Below, piece after piece: positions 34,542 to 45,301 of a DNA stretch of 64,000 bases (within the stretch, counting starts at the first letter, position 1; every line of letters begins with the position of its first letter). Made by a program: the position numbers and the translations under genes. The notes beneath the pieces are model-generated. The model worked only from the letters and a program-made list of their open reading frames with translations, was not told the origin of the DNA and did not search any database. This DNA is from Epithemia pelagica. Lineage: Eukaryota; Protista; Bacillariophyta. The stretch is taken from the NCBI GenBank assembly GCA_946965045.2, contig OX337234.1, forward strand, positions 2,418,001 through 2,482,000, given 5' to 3'.

Positions 34542-35939
34542 ATGGCATCATCTGCCTCCAACGGAGACAACAGAAGTGGAAGTGGAAGTATCAGATGTCA
34601 TTATGATGTTTTGGGTGTCGATCAATCAGCTGATGTGGCAACAATAAAAAAGGCACACCGCAAACTTGCTCTGAAATATCACCCTGACAAGAACAGTGGA
34701 AATGGTGATACCGAGAATGCCGCAGAGCAATTTCGTCTGGTTCAGCAAGCATATGAGTGTTTATCGGATCCAATGGAAAGAAAATGGTACGATGACCACC
34801 GAGATGCCATCCTGAGAGGATGGTCAGCAAATGGAGGTGGAGATGGTTCTGGGGCAGACATGTTGTTCGACGTGGTTCCATTCACATACGCTGGTGTGTT
34901 CAAGGGCTACGGTGATGATGAGGGGGGTTTCTATGCCGTCTATAGATCTGTTTTTCAAAAGATATATGAAGGAGAAGAGCAAGGAACTCGGTCACACGAT
35001 GGATCTTCGTCTCTGGAATACTTGTCAACTGATTTTGGTACATCGGAATCGGAGTGGTCGGACGTGGCGACATTCTATCAGGGATGGGAATCGTTTGCCA
35101 GTGGACTAAACTTTGCATGGGCTGATACATATGACATCAAAGAAGCTCCGAATCGCCGTGTACGTCGGCTCATGGAAGATGAAAATCGAAAGGCGCGAAA
35201 GGCTGCAAAACGTGCTCGAAACGATGATGTCTTGGCGCTGGTCCGATTTGTCAAAAAACGAGACCCTCGTGTTCAACGGAAATTGGAACAATTAGAAGCT
35301 GAAAAACAACAGAAAGAGAAGGATCGTAAAGAAGAAGTACTGGAACGAAAGCGACAGGCGCAACAGGCAAGGGAAGACTGGAAAGTTGAGGCGGAAAAGA
35401 ACTTGGCACAAAGAGAAGAGGAAGATCGTTTGGCTGGGCGTCTTCGGTTGGCAGACCTGGAAGATGACTATGACTATGGTGGTGGAAAAAAGAAGAAAGG
35501 GAAACGCAAAAAGGGAAAGAATTCAAGAGTTGTGGAGGATGAAAATGAGGAAGAGCAAGAGAAAGAAGGGGATGACCCTGCTCTGACAGAGCCGACTGAA
35601 ATGGCAGCTGAATTGGACGGAACTGATTTGACAAAGGAAAACGATGAATCAAGTTCTGACATTGACGCCGGGATAGATGCATCGACAGAGCAACAACAAC
35701 AATCAGCAGATTTGCCCGAGACAAATAGTGAGGTTGATGAGAGTGACGGAACTGAGTCAGATGAAGAAGAGGGTGAACCGGATGTCTGGAGATGCGTATG
35801 TTGTCGAAAAGAGTTCAAAAGTGAAGCACAGATGGCTAATCATATGAAAAGTAAGAAGCACAAGGAGGCATTCAAGAAATATCAGGCCAAGATGCAAAAA
35901 GAAAAGGACGCAGTACTGGATGAGTTCCTCGTTTCATGA
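34542..35939 (+). CDS. DNAJC21: DnaJ homolog subfamily C member 21 / Jjj1 (J-domain plus C2H2 zinc finger)
   Basis: J-domain with HPD, ERKWYDDHR, VRFVKKRDPRV and C-terminal CVCCRKEFKSEAQMANHMKSKKH. Confidence 0.92.
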   Translation: MASSASNGDNRSGSGSIRCHYDVLGVDQSADVATIKKAHRKLALKYHPDKNSGNGDTENAAEQFRLVQQAYECLSDPMERKWYDDHRDAILRGWSANGGGDGSGADMLFDVVPFTYAGVFKGYGDDEGGFYAVYRSVFQKIYEGEEQGTRSHDGSSSLEYLSTDFGTSESEWSDVATFYQGWESFASGLNFAWADTYDIKEAPNRRVRRLMEDENRKARKAAKRARNDDVLALVRFVKKRDPRVQRKLEQLEAEKQQKEKDRKEEVLERKRQAQQAREDWKVEAEKNLAQREEEDRLAGRLRLADLEDDYDYGGGKKKKGKRKKGKNSRVVEDENEEEQEKEGDDPALTEPTEMAAELDGTDLTKENDESSSDIDAGIDASTEQQQQSADLPETNSEVDESDGTESDEEEGEPDVWRCVCCRKEFKSEAQMANHMKSKKHKEAFKKYQAKMQKEKDAVLDEFLVS

Positions 35940-36330
35940 CACAATTGGTTGGAGCTTGTAGGAAGGTGTCCTGAGTTTGCATGGTTCAAAAGGGTTCCTC
36001 TATATTAACAAGAACGTGATTCTTGCCAGTTTTGTGGGTGCACTGTGAAAAATCTTTGCGAGATATATTGCAAAGCGTCTCGAGAATACCCGAAAGGTGC
36101 TCTCCAGCCCCGGCGACCATCACCAGTATGGTATCCGAAACATATCGGAGCAACTTACAATATCATCGACATGATGGAAATCTTCTCCGTAGGTGTCCAA
36201 AATTTCAGAAATCGAATGTCACATCGTGTGTGCCTCTCTCTCAAGAAGATTCCAGAGTGCCCCAGTGAAGTTTTCGTGGAACAGTTCCCTCGGTATCCTT
36301 AGTTTGCATATTACCATATTAAAATAGTTT

Positions 36331-39300
36331 CTATTGGTACCAAGTTATTTCTTTTGCAATGGCGACATCTCCGTGTGTCCAGGGTGGTAAATCGACACCA
36401 AACTCGGCAAAGGCCACAGCGTCCCGTTTCTTTCTTCCATAAAAAGCAACTCTATATCGCAATGCATGAAGACAAATCATGTGTCCTTCCTGCAACAACT
36501 GAGCTTTGTTAAAAGAAGGTTGAGAATTCTCGGGTGCGTCAAGGTAGATGCAACTGGGGCAAACTCTGCGACTTGCATCGGCTTCTTCCGTTCGACTTGG
36601 ATCTGACGGCTGTTCATCGTCAACACACCTTCTCATGACCTCAAGCACTGTCTCCTCGGCCACGGTTGCTTTGTCATAGCGACGACCACCGTATTGGATG
36701 TCGCCCACAATTGGACAATCCATAGCTTGCAAGTGGACTCTCAGCTGATGGTTTCTGCCGGTGATGGGGAAACATGCAACAAGTGAAGTGTCGTCTTCAG
36801 GATTGTATCCGAGAAACTTAAAAATACTGCTTGAAGCTTTCCCCTGCTCCGAGACGATGCGCACTCCAGACATCGGATCTGGTGTGTAGATGGGGGCCTC
36901 TACAAGTACGGTTTGGGTGCCGTCTTGCCACAAACATGTGCCGACGTCTCCCCATGCGGTTGCAATATGCTCCACGGACCTTTGGTTCGAAGGGAAATGA
37001 CCACCTACCTTTGCAATATACAGCTTCTCCACAGTCGATTCCGAAAGACACTTATTAAATATCTTTGCGACAAGCGATGAAGTGGAAAGCAATGTGAGAC
37101 CACTCGTTACTCGGTCTGTCCGATGAAGCGGTTTCAATGAAAGACTATCAATATTTTCCTGTGCCTGTACCATAATTGTTAGTGCATTGGCCAAAAACGG
37201 GCCAGCTGGGTGCACTGGTACAGAAGAAGGCTTGTCGCACACAAGAACATGGGCTTCAGACTCTGTCATACCGTATTCCTGACGTAAAGCATAGGGAAGC
37301 GAGACCTTTTGTACAGAAATATGGGGAGGCGTCAAGACAGGAGCTTCGTGCCAATGCAAAGCTCTTCCAAGCAAGTCTCCGTTCTTGAGTTTCATATGAG
37401 ATGCATCGGATTGGCTCACACTCACCTGATTCACCTGAATAAGGCCATTTCTGAGAGCTGCTTGGAGACTTTGTCCTCCTTTCTTGCCCGAGATAGACGA
37501 GAACTCAACAAACTCTTGTGATAAAACCTGCAGGATAGATTTACCGCACCATTTAGCTTTCACAAACGTTTGGATAACTCGAGTTCTACAGGGTGGGCAT
37601 CGAATATCGGGGTGAAAAGATGAATGTCGAAAGGACGATGGTGGTTGATGGTACTGCAACCTTTCAATTTCATATGAATCAACACCTCGTCGCCGTCGCT
37701 TCAGATGTGGTGGACTAGATGAAACGGTCGTTGAAGTAGATGGCACCAACTTGTTTTCTGTGTTGTCTTGATCGAGTTTCTTTTGTTCCAGAAGTTTCTT
37801 TCGTTTGAGGGAATAGAAACCCCAACATCTGCCATCACAGCTGACCTCACCACAACTTCGACAACTCTTTGATTCTTCCTTTGCGAGTTTCGGTATCGAT
37901 GTATCTACCTGATTCAGCCGGAGAGAAGAAGTCTCCACGCATTTTGTCGAATCATCTTCATCCTGTTTATGCTGCTGGTTTATTGTTTCAATTTGCTTTT
38001 GTACACGGGTGCATTGCTTTGCCAAGGTCTGCCGCTTTTGCTTGAATCGTCGTCCTACGGCGATTTGTTGGCGTTCTGCTTCAAGTGAAGCAAGTTGTTG
38101 CCGTAATTGTGAAACAGAACATCTCTCCAAATTGGCAAAATAACAATCTTTCAAATGAAAATGTTGTCGGCAGTGAAACTCCCCATGGCTCGTTGCTTGT
38201 TGACACAAATGACAGACCAAAACTGGTTCTCGGCATACGGCACAAACACAATGAGCCCCAAAGGTATCGTATGGTGCCTGACAATACAGGCACTTCCCAA
38301 CGATATCACTCTTTCTACCCTCATGTTGGTCTGGATCATTCACGTCTGTTAGTGGCTGTTGTACTTGCCCTTCCTTTCCCTGCCGTGTTTCTTCAGCCGA
38401 TGAGGCTTGTCGGGAGTCAAAGACAAAATTCTTGCCTTGCCATAGGCCGTCACTACCGTACTCTTCCAGGTACTTGTGAATTCCTCCCTTAAGGTGCTTC
38501 ACCTCCTTGACGGAATCCACATTCCTACGAATATACGCTGAGGCTTTTTCGCATCGAATCCCACCAGTACAATACATGAGAACTCGCTTTCCCTCCAACA
38601 TGGTTTGGTTTCGATCGACCCAATGAGAAAACTGACTATAGGTGGTGGTTTGCGGATCAATAGCACTTGGAAAGCGTCCAATCTCATATTCTTTGGTATT
38701 CCGACAGTCAATCAGAACCGTATCTTCTAGACTAGTGGAATGATTCGTTTGTTTGGTTTCAGCAGCACTTTGTGTTGTTAAGTACTCAGTGAGCTCTTGA
38801 TGCCATTCTGATGGTGTCAAGTATCCTTTGGAGGTTTCACCTACGGGAATTTCAAGCATGACTCCACCCGATCCTATCAATTCCTTGGTCAATTTAATGT
38901 TCAAGTCAGGAAACAATGCGTCCGTTGTATCTGTTGTGGACCATTTGAAATCCGAAGGTGACTCAAAAATGAGCTCCGGTTCCTGTATCTTCTCAAAAAA
39001 TCGCTGGCTATCCATCCAAAAGGTTTCAATCGCTTGTCGGAACTCATGGTTCAAAGTGGATGTCTGTTTCGAGTCGTGGAGTAGAGCCAACGTGAAAGCA
39101 TGCACATGGTCATGATGCCCTGATAATGTTCCATTCAGTCCTTCGGCTTTGGAACAACCCACCAAGATGCGACCCTTGAGAGCCAGAGATGCACACAAGC
39201 CATCAAGGGCCGACCGGTACATCTCCATCACTTCAAAATCATCGGAAAGAGGGTGATACTTGTAGAAAAGAACAATAGCTTGAGGTCCTTTTCCTCCATC

Positions 39301-39375
39301 AGTCCTGTTCGTTGAATGCATAGTATCATCGTCATGAACGACAGAGCCAGGGCGAGTGATGTTGTCGGAGGACAT
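36331..39375 (-). CDS. Fusion of TrhO/TSTD2-type rhodanese with an RPUSD2/Pus9-like pseudouridine synthase
   Basis: N-half: LFYKY, GRILV..EGLNGTLSG, IDCRN..EYEIGRF, MYCTGGIRCEKAS, LKGGI..YL, GKNFVFDSR. C-half: KPSSVPVHP, LHRTDRVTSGL, PITGRNHQLRVHL, IVGD..YG. Likely start is 39375 (MSSDN); the ORF extends to 39525. Confidence 0.85.
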   Translation of the reverse strand: MSSDNITRPGSVVHDDDTMHSTNRTDGGKGPQAIVLFYKYHPLSDDFEVMEMYRSALDGLCASLALKGRILVGCSKAEGLNGTLSGHHDHVHAFTLALLHDSKQTSTLNHEFRQAIETFWMDSQRFFEKIQEPELIFESPSDFKWSTTDTTDALFPDLNIKLTKELIGSGGVMLEIPVGETSKGYLTPSEWHQELTEYLTTQSAAETKQTNHSTSLEDTVLIDCRNTKEYEIGRFPSAIDPQTTTYSQFSHWVDRNQTMLEGKRVLMYCTGGIRCEKASAYIRRNVDSVKEVKHLKGGIHKYLEEYGSDGLWQGKNFVFDSRQASSAEETRQGKEGQVQQPLTDVNDPDQHEGRKSDIVGKCLYCQAPYDTFGAHCVCAVCREPVLVCHLCQQATSHGEFHCRQHFHLKDCYFANLERCSVSQLRQQLASLEAERQQIAVGRRFKQKRQTLAKQCTRVQKQIETINQQHKQDEDDSTKCVETSSLRLNQVDTSIPKLAKEESKSCRSCGEVSCDGRCWGFYSLKRKKLLEQKKLDQDNTENKLVPSTSTTVSSSPPHLKRRRRGVDSYEIERLQYHQPPSSFRHSSFHPDIRCPPCRTRVIQTFVKAKWCGKSILQVLSQEFVEFSSISGKKGGQSLQAALRNGLIQVNQVSVSQSDASHMKLKNGDLLGRALHWHEAPVLTPPHISVQKVSLPYALRQEYGMTESEAHVLVCDKPSSVPVHPAGPFLANALTIMVQAQENIDSLSLKPLHRTDRVTSGLTLLSTSSLVAKIFNKCLSESTVEKLYIAKVGGHFPSNQRSVEHIATAWGDVGTCLWQDGTQTVLVEAPIYTPDPMSGVRIVSEQGKASSSIFKFLGYNPEDDTSLVACFPITGRNHQLRVHLQAMDCPIVGDIQYGGRRYDKATVAEETVLEVMRRCVDDEQPSDPSRTEEADASRRVCPSCIYLDAPENSQPSFNKAQLLQEGHMICLHALRYRVAFYGRKKRDAVAFAEFGVDLPPWTHGDVAIAKEITWYQ

Positions 39376-39644
39376 CGTCGCTCGAACAGTGTTTGGATTT
39401 GGACTGGAGATTGGGTGGGGAGGGTGGAGGTGGAGGTGTGGAGTCCATACGGAAAGCGTGCCGTATGTAGGCCCGGCTTGTCGGAAGAAGAATGACTGAA
39501 CGGGCGCATATGTAGTGTGGGGCATGCGTCCTCCTAGTAGACATATGCCCTCCCCATGCCGCGCCGGGTGACTCTCCTCCTATGACCAGGCACGTGAATC
39601 CTATTACAATCAATACCAGGAATACACATTCGACGAAGTTAGCA

Positions 39645-42413
39645 CTAGAATCCATTCGAGAACGCGTACTCTTCCCGAGAAACGTTGTCAAAGAACTCAT
39701 GCAGCAACTTGACTATGGTCGGAACAAAAAGTAGCTTCGAGTCAGGGGCAAAGTCAAGCCCACCAAAGACATCCATTTCGTCATACTCGTCCGAATCTAT
39801 AGCCTTTTTCAGGTTCTTACAAAAGTCCTTCAAACGGCATCCAATTCCAATGAGATTGATGAAGCTTCCACCAAAGAACTCCACGTCATTTTTCAATGCC
39901 TGGATTGCCTTGGCTATGAATTCTTCACAATCCGTGATAACAGCCGATTCATTGTGTCGTGAAACGTTCGGGGGCAACGTTATGCCCGTGTACTCCTTCC
40001 ATAGAAGAGCCGCGTGTCCTTGGACAATGTGGTGTGAGCGAAGCATCTCTACCATCTTGGGATTGTACACAAACGACCTGGCCCGGTCATCAGCGTAACG
40101 ACGCAAACTAGTTTTGACACCCTGCTCACGCTTGAGTATATCCACAAAAAAGGATACATCACGAACGGACATACCCGATCCCAAGAGGAACGACTTGGCA
40201 AAGCCACCGCGAGATGTACACTTCCCAGTCGGCCAAATGGCCCGCACGTTTTCAAACTTGTCGTCCAGAAAATCCAGAAAATCAATCTTCCCAATCTGCC
40301 TTCGACATTGCAAGGCGTTGTACTGATGCAGCACGGGCTTCAGATACTTCTGTAGGTATCGCGACTCTACAGCAAACCCCATGTAGAGACTGTAAACACA
40401 AAACGACCCAGCCATAAAGGGATTCCAGCACGCACTCATTGAACTGGGTCCAATGTCAGGGTCGGGATGCGAGACGTTCTCCAAAATATCAAAGAACCCA
40501 AAAGAAGTTCTTTCGTCACCATGCAAGTGCCAGTAAGCATTGACCGAATCTGTAAGTTTGTCCACACGTTCGATATAGGAAGAGCGCGCTGTCTCGCCAG
40601 TGAATTTTACGTGGTCATTGCCTTGCAAAGCAAGAATGGAGGTCAGCAGTGCATGGGTTCCAAACATCATGTCGACGGGGATGGGCCCACCGAATGACTT
40701 TTCAAAATATGTGCTGAATGAAGACAGCAAGGGAACGAGTCTTTCAATGGCGAGGTTATCCACAAATGGTGCTTCGCAAGCTGCAAGGAGGCCAGGTAGC
40801 AAGGATCCAGCCAACAAGCGATCCATGTGGCCGCATATCTGGCGCGCCGGGTTGATATTCTCGTCCCAGTCAAAGGGAAATGTGTTTTTGGCAGCTTTTA
40901 CCAAGGCTTTTGCTTGGCCGAACGCGTGTTTTTCACCGTCTTTCATAAAGGAAAAGCACTGTTGGAGCACCTTTTGTGTGTTGAGGATGCACTATCGACC
41001 ACCAATGAATTTGTAGTCATCCAACCAGGACTGTCGGATTTTATGTTGCGAACCAAATGCAGTGTTAGACTCCAGGACCAGTCCGGCAATGTGACTAGCC
41101 ATTTGTTCCGCTTCTTCAAGAAACAATTCCCTTTCCCAATCACCTTCTGGTAGACCTAGCTTGGATCCGTAGGCGCCAAGAGCCTTGCTAATATCCAAGC
41201 CACCGACGGCAAAGCAGGCCTCGACGACATCGGCGACGAAATGAAGCAACATGTGAGGGTAACGCTCGTTGGTGAATGTCAAGACGTCATGAAAACGCTG
41301 TGTGTCGTCAACGCCATTGCCTTGACATTCTGCCTTGTCGCGTAGATTGGGTAGAACAAAGACAAGTGCCAACAAGTCGTACAACGATCGGATGTGAGCG
41401 TGTTCTAGTGTAAGCTCGGCCCACGTCGTTTGTACACACTCCATGCACAGATTTGTGGCAATGGCGCCTTGCATCAAGCTGACAACCACTTGCTGCTTGA
41501 GATGACGACACGTATCGTCGTCCCCATTTCGGTTTTTCAATTTGTCAAGAAGATTCTCCATAATACACAGTTGCTTGGTTTCGTCAAAGTGTCCCCGTAC
41601 GACTCCCATGAGATGATCCATCGTTTCTAGAAAGGCAATACACTGGAATCGATCGTCGCCCTGAATAAAATTGTCGTCATGGGACCCACACAAAGTTTCC
41701 TCGCTTGCTGTGGGAAGACAAGGTGGCTCGGGTTTATTTATCCATTGGGAATAATAATCAGTAGCGCTGCTCCAGACGTCTTGTGACCCGTCCTCCTCCA
41801 CCAATGCGCGGAAACCAACTTGATTCGTCGTTTGTCGTTGTTTCGCACGTTCTTGCTGTTGGCGACGTGTCACGTCATTGGCAAGGTACAAGACATCCCG
41901 GCAATATTCGAGCACCGCGATCATGTAGGCGTGTCCAGCATCGTTGCAGTTGTATTTGCGAGCCTGGGCTTTTCGATACCGAATACTGGTACCGAGACTC
42001 TCCAGGATCGACTCGTCAATCATGATCCGTGAGTTTGATCGCCGCTTGCTGTTGTTGCGACTGAGACCTTGTTGTTTTTGTTGCTGCAAACCCAACAAAC
42101 TTTGTTCCATCACGTGGTCGGCCCCTCGCTTGAAATCTTGAATCGTCACGAGACGGAACGATTTGGGCAAGAGTTTCGCCAAACTGTCACGGAAATCTTG
42201 TGTCGATTGCTTGTAAATGGCATAAATGCCTTTGGGCTGTACTTGTTCTTGCTTGTGTGAGTGCAACAAGGACAAGCGCTCGGCTTGGTCGTCCTCATTG
42301 GATGCTTCTGTCTCGTTGTGTGCACCACCACACGACGACGACAAAGGAGAACCAAAGGAAGACATCATGACGCCCGTCGGTGAAGACGTCGTCTTACGAT
42401 TATCTTTGATCAT
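39645..42413 (-). pseudogene. DUF6604-like protein split by one in-frame TAG at 40992-40994
   Basis: ORFs 40992..42530 and 39645..40970 share a frame (GGR*CILNTQKVLQQ). Motifs YAIYKQSTQDF and GHAYMIAVLE recall DUF6604. Confidence 0.55.
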
Positions 42414-42608
42414 TGCGATAAGACGCAGTTTCTGTCTGGACGATACCACCGCTTTGATGAAATGACAACAACCAACAACCAAAAAGATGTGGAAATGGAA
42501 ACTCGTTTCCGCTTCGCAAGCTCCCACCACCCGTGAGAGTGCCTACTCGGCGCAACGCGCACGGTCATCGAACTATCCACGAGAAACTAAAATCTTCCCA
42601 CAAACTAT

Positions 42609-42734
42609 ATCCACGAATGTGGGAACGTATGAGTGTTCCAGGACCATCATCTTTGGAACGACTCATCCAGATCCACGAATGTGGGAACATATGAGTGTTC
42701 CAGTACCATCATCATCTTTGGAACGATTCATCCA
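42609..42734. repeat. About 62-bp tandem duplication
   Basis: atccacgaatgtgggaac.tatgagtgttccag.accatcatc...tttggaacga.tcatcca at 42609 and 42671. Confidence 0.85.
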
Positions 42735-43286
42735 TGTTTGTTTGTTGATAGACCAAAAGACTTTTCAGCGACAGTTCTGATGCTTAGTGCCGAATACGAG
42801 GACTAAGCAAGAAAGAATGAAGATTCTTCTACTTTAGGTGTACTCCTTAGCCTCCAAACAACAACCAAAACCGAACTGGGAACCCTCCTGAGAAAGGGGG
42901 TTCGAAATGAAAGACCATACGTTACAGTAGGGAATTAGTTATCATTACAAACTGCCACGCTTGCCTTCTAGACAATACGAGTGGACAGGACCCAATACTT
43001 CCACACTTGGCTACAAAGAGATCGCGGGAAATGCGCAACAATCGTCCTTGTACGTTTTCTCGGTGCCCAGATTATGCGATCATTTTTCAGTGGTGAGAGA
43101 AATATCCACTGCTCCGTTTACGTCGAACTTCAATGTAGATTCCTTCGTGGTACGGATCGCCAAAAAAGACGACTGTGCCAGAAATGAATTGTTGTGGGGA
43201 CACTTGTGAAGCAACCTGTGTCCTGTGTGTCTAAGTTAGGGGTCGACTTGAATCCTTGTGCACGCGCCATCTGGTTGCCCCAACTG

Positions 43287-45206
43287 TTACGCCTTGCAGT
43301 CATCGTCCGCTTGCTCTGTTTCATAGATTTCCTCCACTTTTACCTTCTTTGGGTTTCCTTCCCGTAGCATATACCTGTGCGTTCGACCTGTTGAGCCATG
43401 GATTTCTCCAACCGGAACGGACGAGGTCTCGAGTTTGCTAAAGTCGGGAATTTCAATGACAAACTGATAGTCAGGCTGGTTTACAATTTCCTGATCTGTA
43501 TCTTTCCTCTGTTCGATTTGGAAAAGAAAAGGGTGGAAGCAAGCACTTGGTACACAGAACGTTGTCACGGAAATGCAGTGGCTGTCGAAACCTGGTGTGG
43601 TGGCTTCTAGCGCGGCTTGCATCTCGGTGCGAACATACTGATTCACACTGTGTTCCGGCAATCGACGAACACCGGTGGCACCCGAGACAGTCATCTGCAG
43701 AAGGAGCCCAACGTAGCTTTTGTCAGTGACCCCCACGACGTCCCCTGGGACAACGACAGCAGAATCATACGTCGGAAAATTGCTAACATCCGGCATGATG
43801 TAAGTACCAGGTTCAAGCGGACTGCCTGCAGCCTTATCAGCAATCCCCTTGGCTCGAACACCAGGGAACGTGAGTATATTGGAACTCACAGGAATTCTTA
43901 TGGTGGCATATTGGTTCTTGTTTTTACCATCACGACGAACGACTCTGATATTGACTTGCCCCTTGATGTTGCGCAAGAAATCGTGGGCATGTATCTCAAA
44001 CAACAAGCCGTAGAGAGCTTCACCTCCTCTCAAACCGTTTACCGACGCCATGAAGGATTGGACTTTGTCCCGACCGGCTTTCACAAGTTTATCATGAAAT
44101 TCCTTCCTAATTTGATTGGATCCGAGCACGTACCACTCTGAGTCGAAACGATTGTGATCCGGGTCGGGAAAGTACGATTTCGACTTGTCGAACTCGACGT
44201 CGATGTGAAGGACACTTCCTTGATGACGATGTGTTCGATCGAGCATGTTGGCGCCGTTACTATTGACAACATCTCTAACCTTGGATTTGAGCTCGCTCCA
44301 TGCCGACTCTTCGTCAGGTGTCCCCCAGTGGCGAATGCTTCCTCCAAAGCGATCGTATTTTTGTTCGACAAGCTGATCAGACCAGGCGATTTGCGTTTGT
44401 TTTCCATGGAACAGGGAGTCGGTGTTGGCCTTAATCTCGTCGCAGTGGAAGAAAGGCATTCAGAGTCTAATTCTTGGCCCACCTCCTTTGGTAAACCATC
44501 GCCTAAACAAATCATGCCCAAACGAGACAATGATCAAGGTAAGTCTTGCAATCGTGTGAAGTCCAGCGTCCACAAATCCAGCTTTGGGATCATGGATGAC
44601 ATAAATATCATCTGGTTCCAGAAGCTCTTCGTTCATATAACGAATGTCATCCCATGCACCGCAGGACCATGGTTCTCCGTCGATTAACATTTCGACATTA
44701 AGTCCAAATTTCTCCTAGTAGTGTGCGTCATTGGACAACAAGATGCCTCCGTCGTTGTCCCAGTACGCGACGGTCTTGCGGGTAGACTCACTACCAGTTG
44801 AGATCTGTTGAATCAATTCACGTAGCACAAAAAAGCCAAAAATGGTCTTGCCTATTCCAGGTGTACCTTGAATGGTAACCCTCGAGGCTTCGATGATGTT
44901 ATGAAGGACCAGGGGCAGCAAATGATCGTAGCAATCCCGACGAACGAGCCGGCTCGCTTGGACTTTTTCTTTTGCTAAGAAATACTCGTCTAAAACGAGA
45001 TAGGGTCGGCTATCACTGCCACCGGAAGTTGTTGCTTTAGCAGTCGCTGCAGGACGTGCTTCTTTGGCCTCGATAATATCTACCAAAACCTGAATCCGAG
45101 ATATCACTGTGGTAGACTCAGGGAGGATAGTCCCTTTCAACAATGATGGGGCATTGCGAAGCCAGGCTTTTCTATCGATGACTTCATGTTTTGTTGAATT
45201 CGTCAT
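43287..45206 (-). pseudogene. Crinkler/RHS-like P-loop NTPase plus restriction-endonuclease-fold protein with two in-frame stops
   Basis: Single frame with TAG at 44715 and TGA at 44460. Walker A GTPGIGKT, FGGSIR, GLLFE, and a PD-(D/E/Q)xK-like segment PDVSNFPTYDS..LLQMTVS. Confidence 0.65.
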
Positions 45207-45301
45207 GGTTTTGCTGAAATTTGAGAGAGAACAGGGCCTTGTGCGATCCCGTTCCCGTGTACAGGGGTGCACGTACGAAGATCAGACGCTCGAGACTCCT
45301 A

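Noticed and set aside
29660-39375. Apparent cluster of translation/RNA-modification genes (ArgRS, RlmJ, DNAJC21, TrhO-Pus)
   Set aside because: Mixed orientations, different compartments and an unrelated REEP gene in between; chance adjacency cannot be excluded without synteny data.
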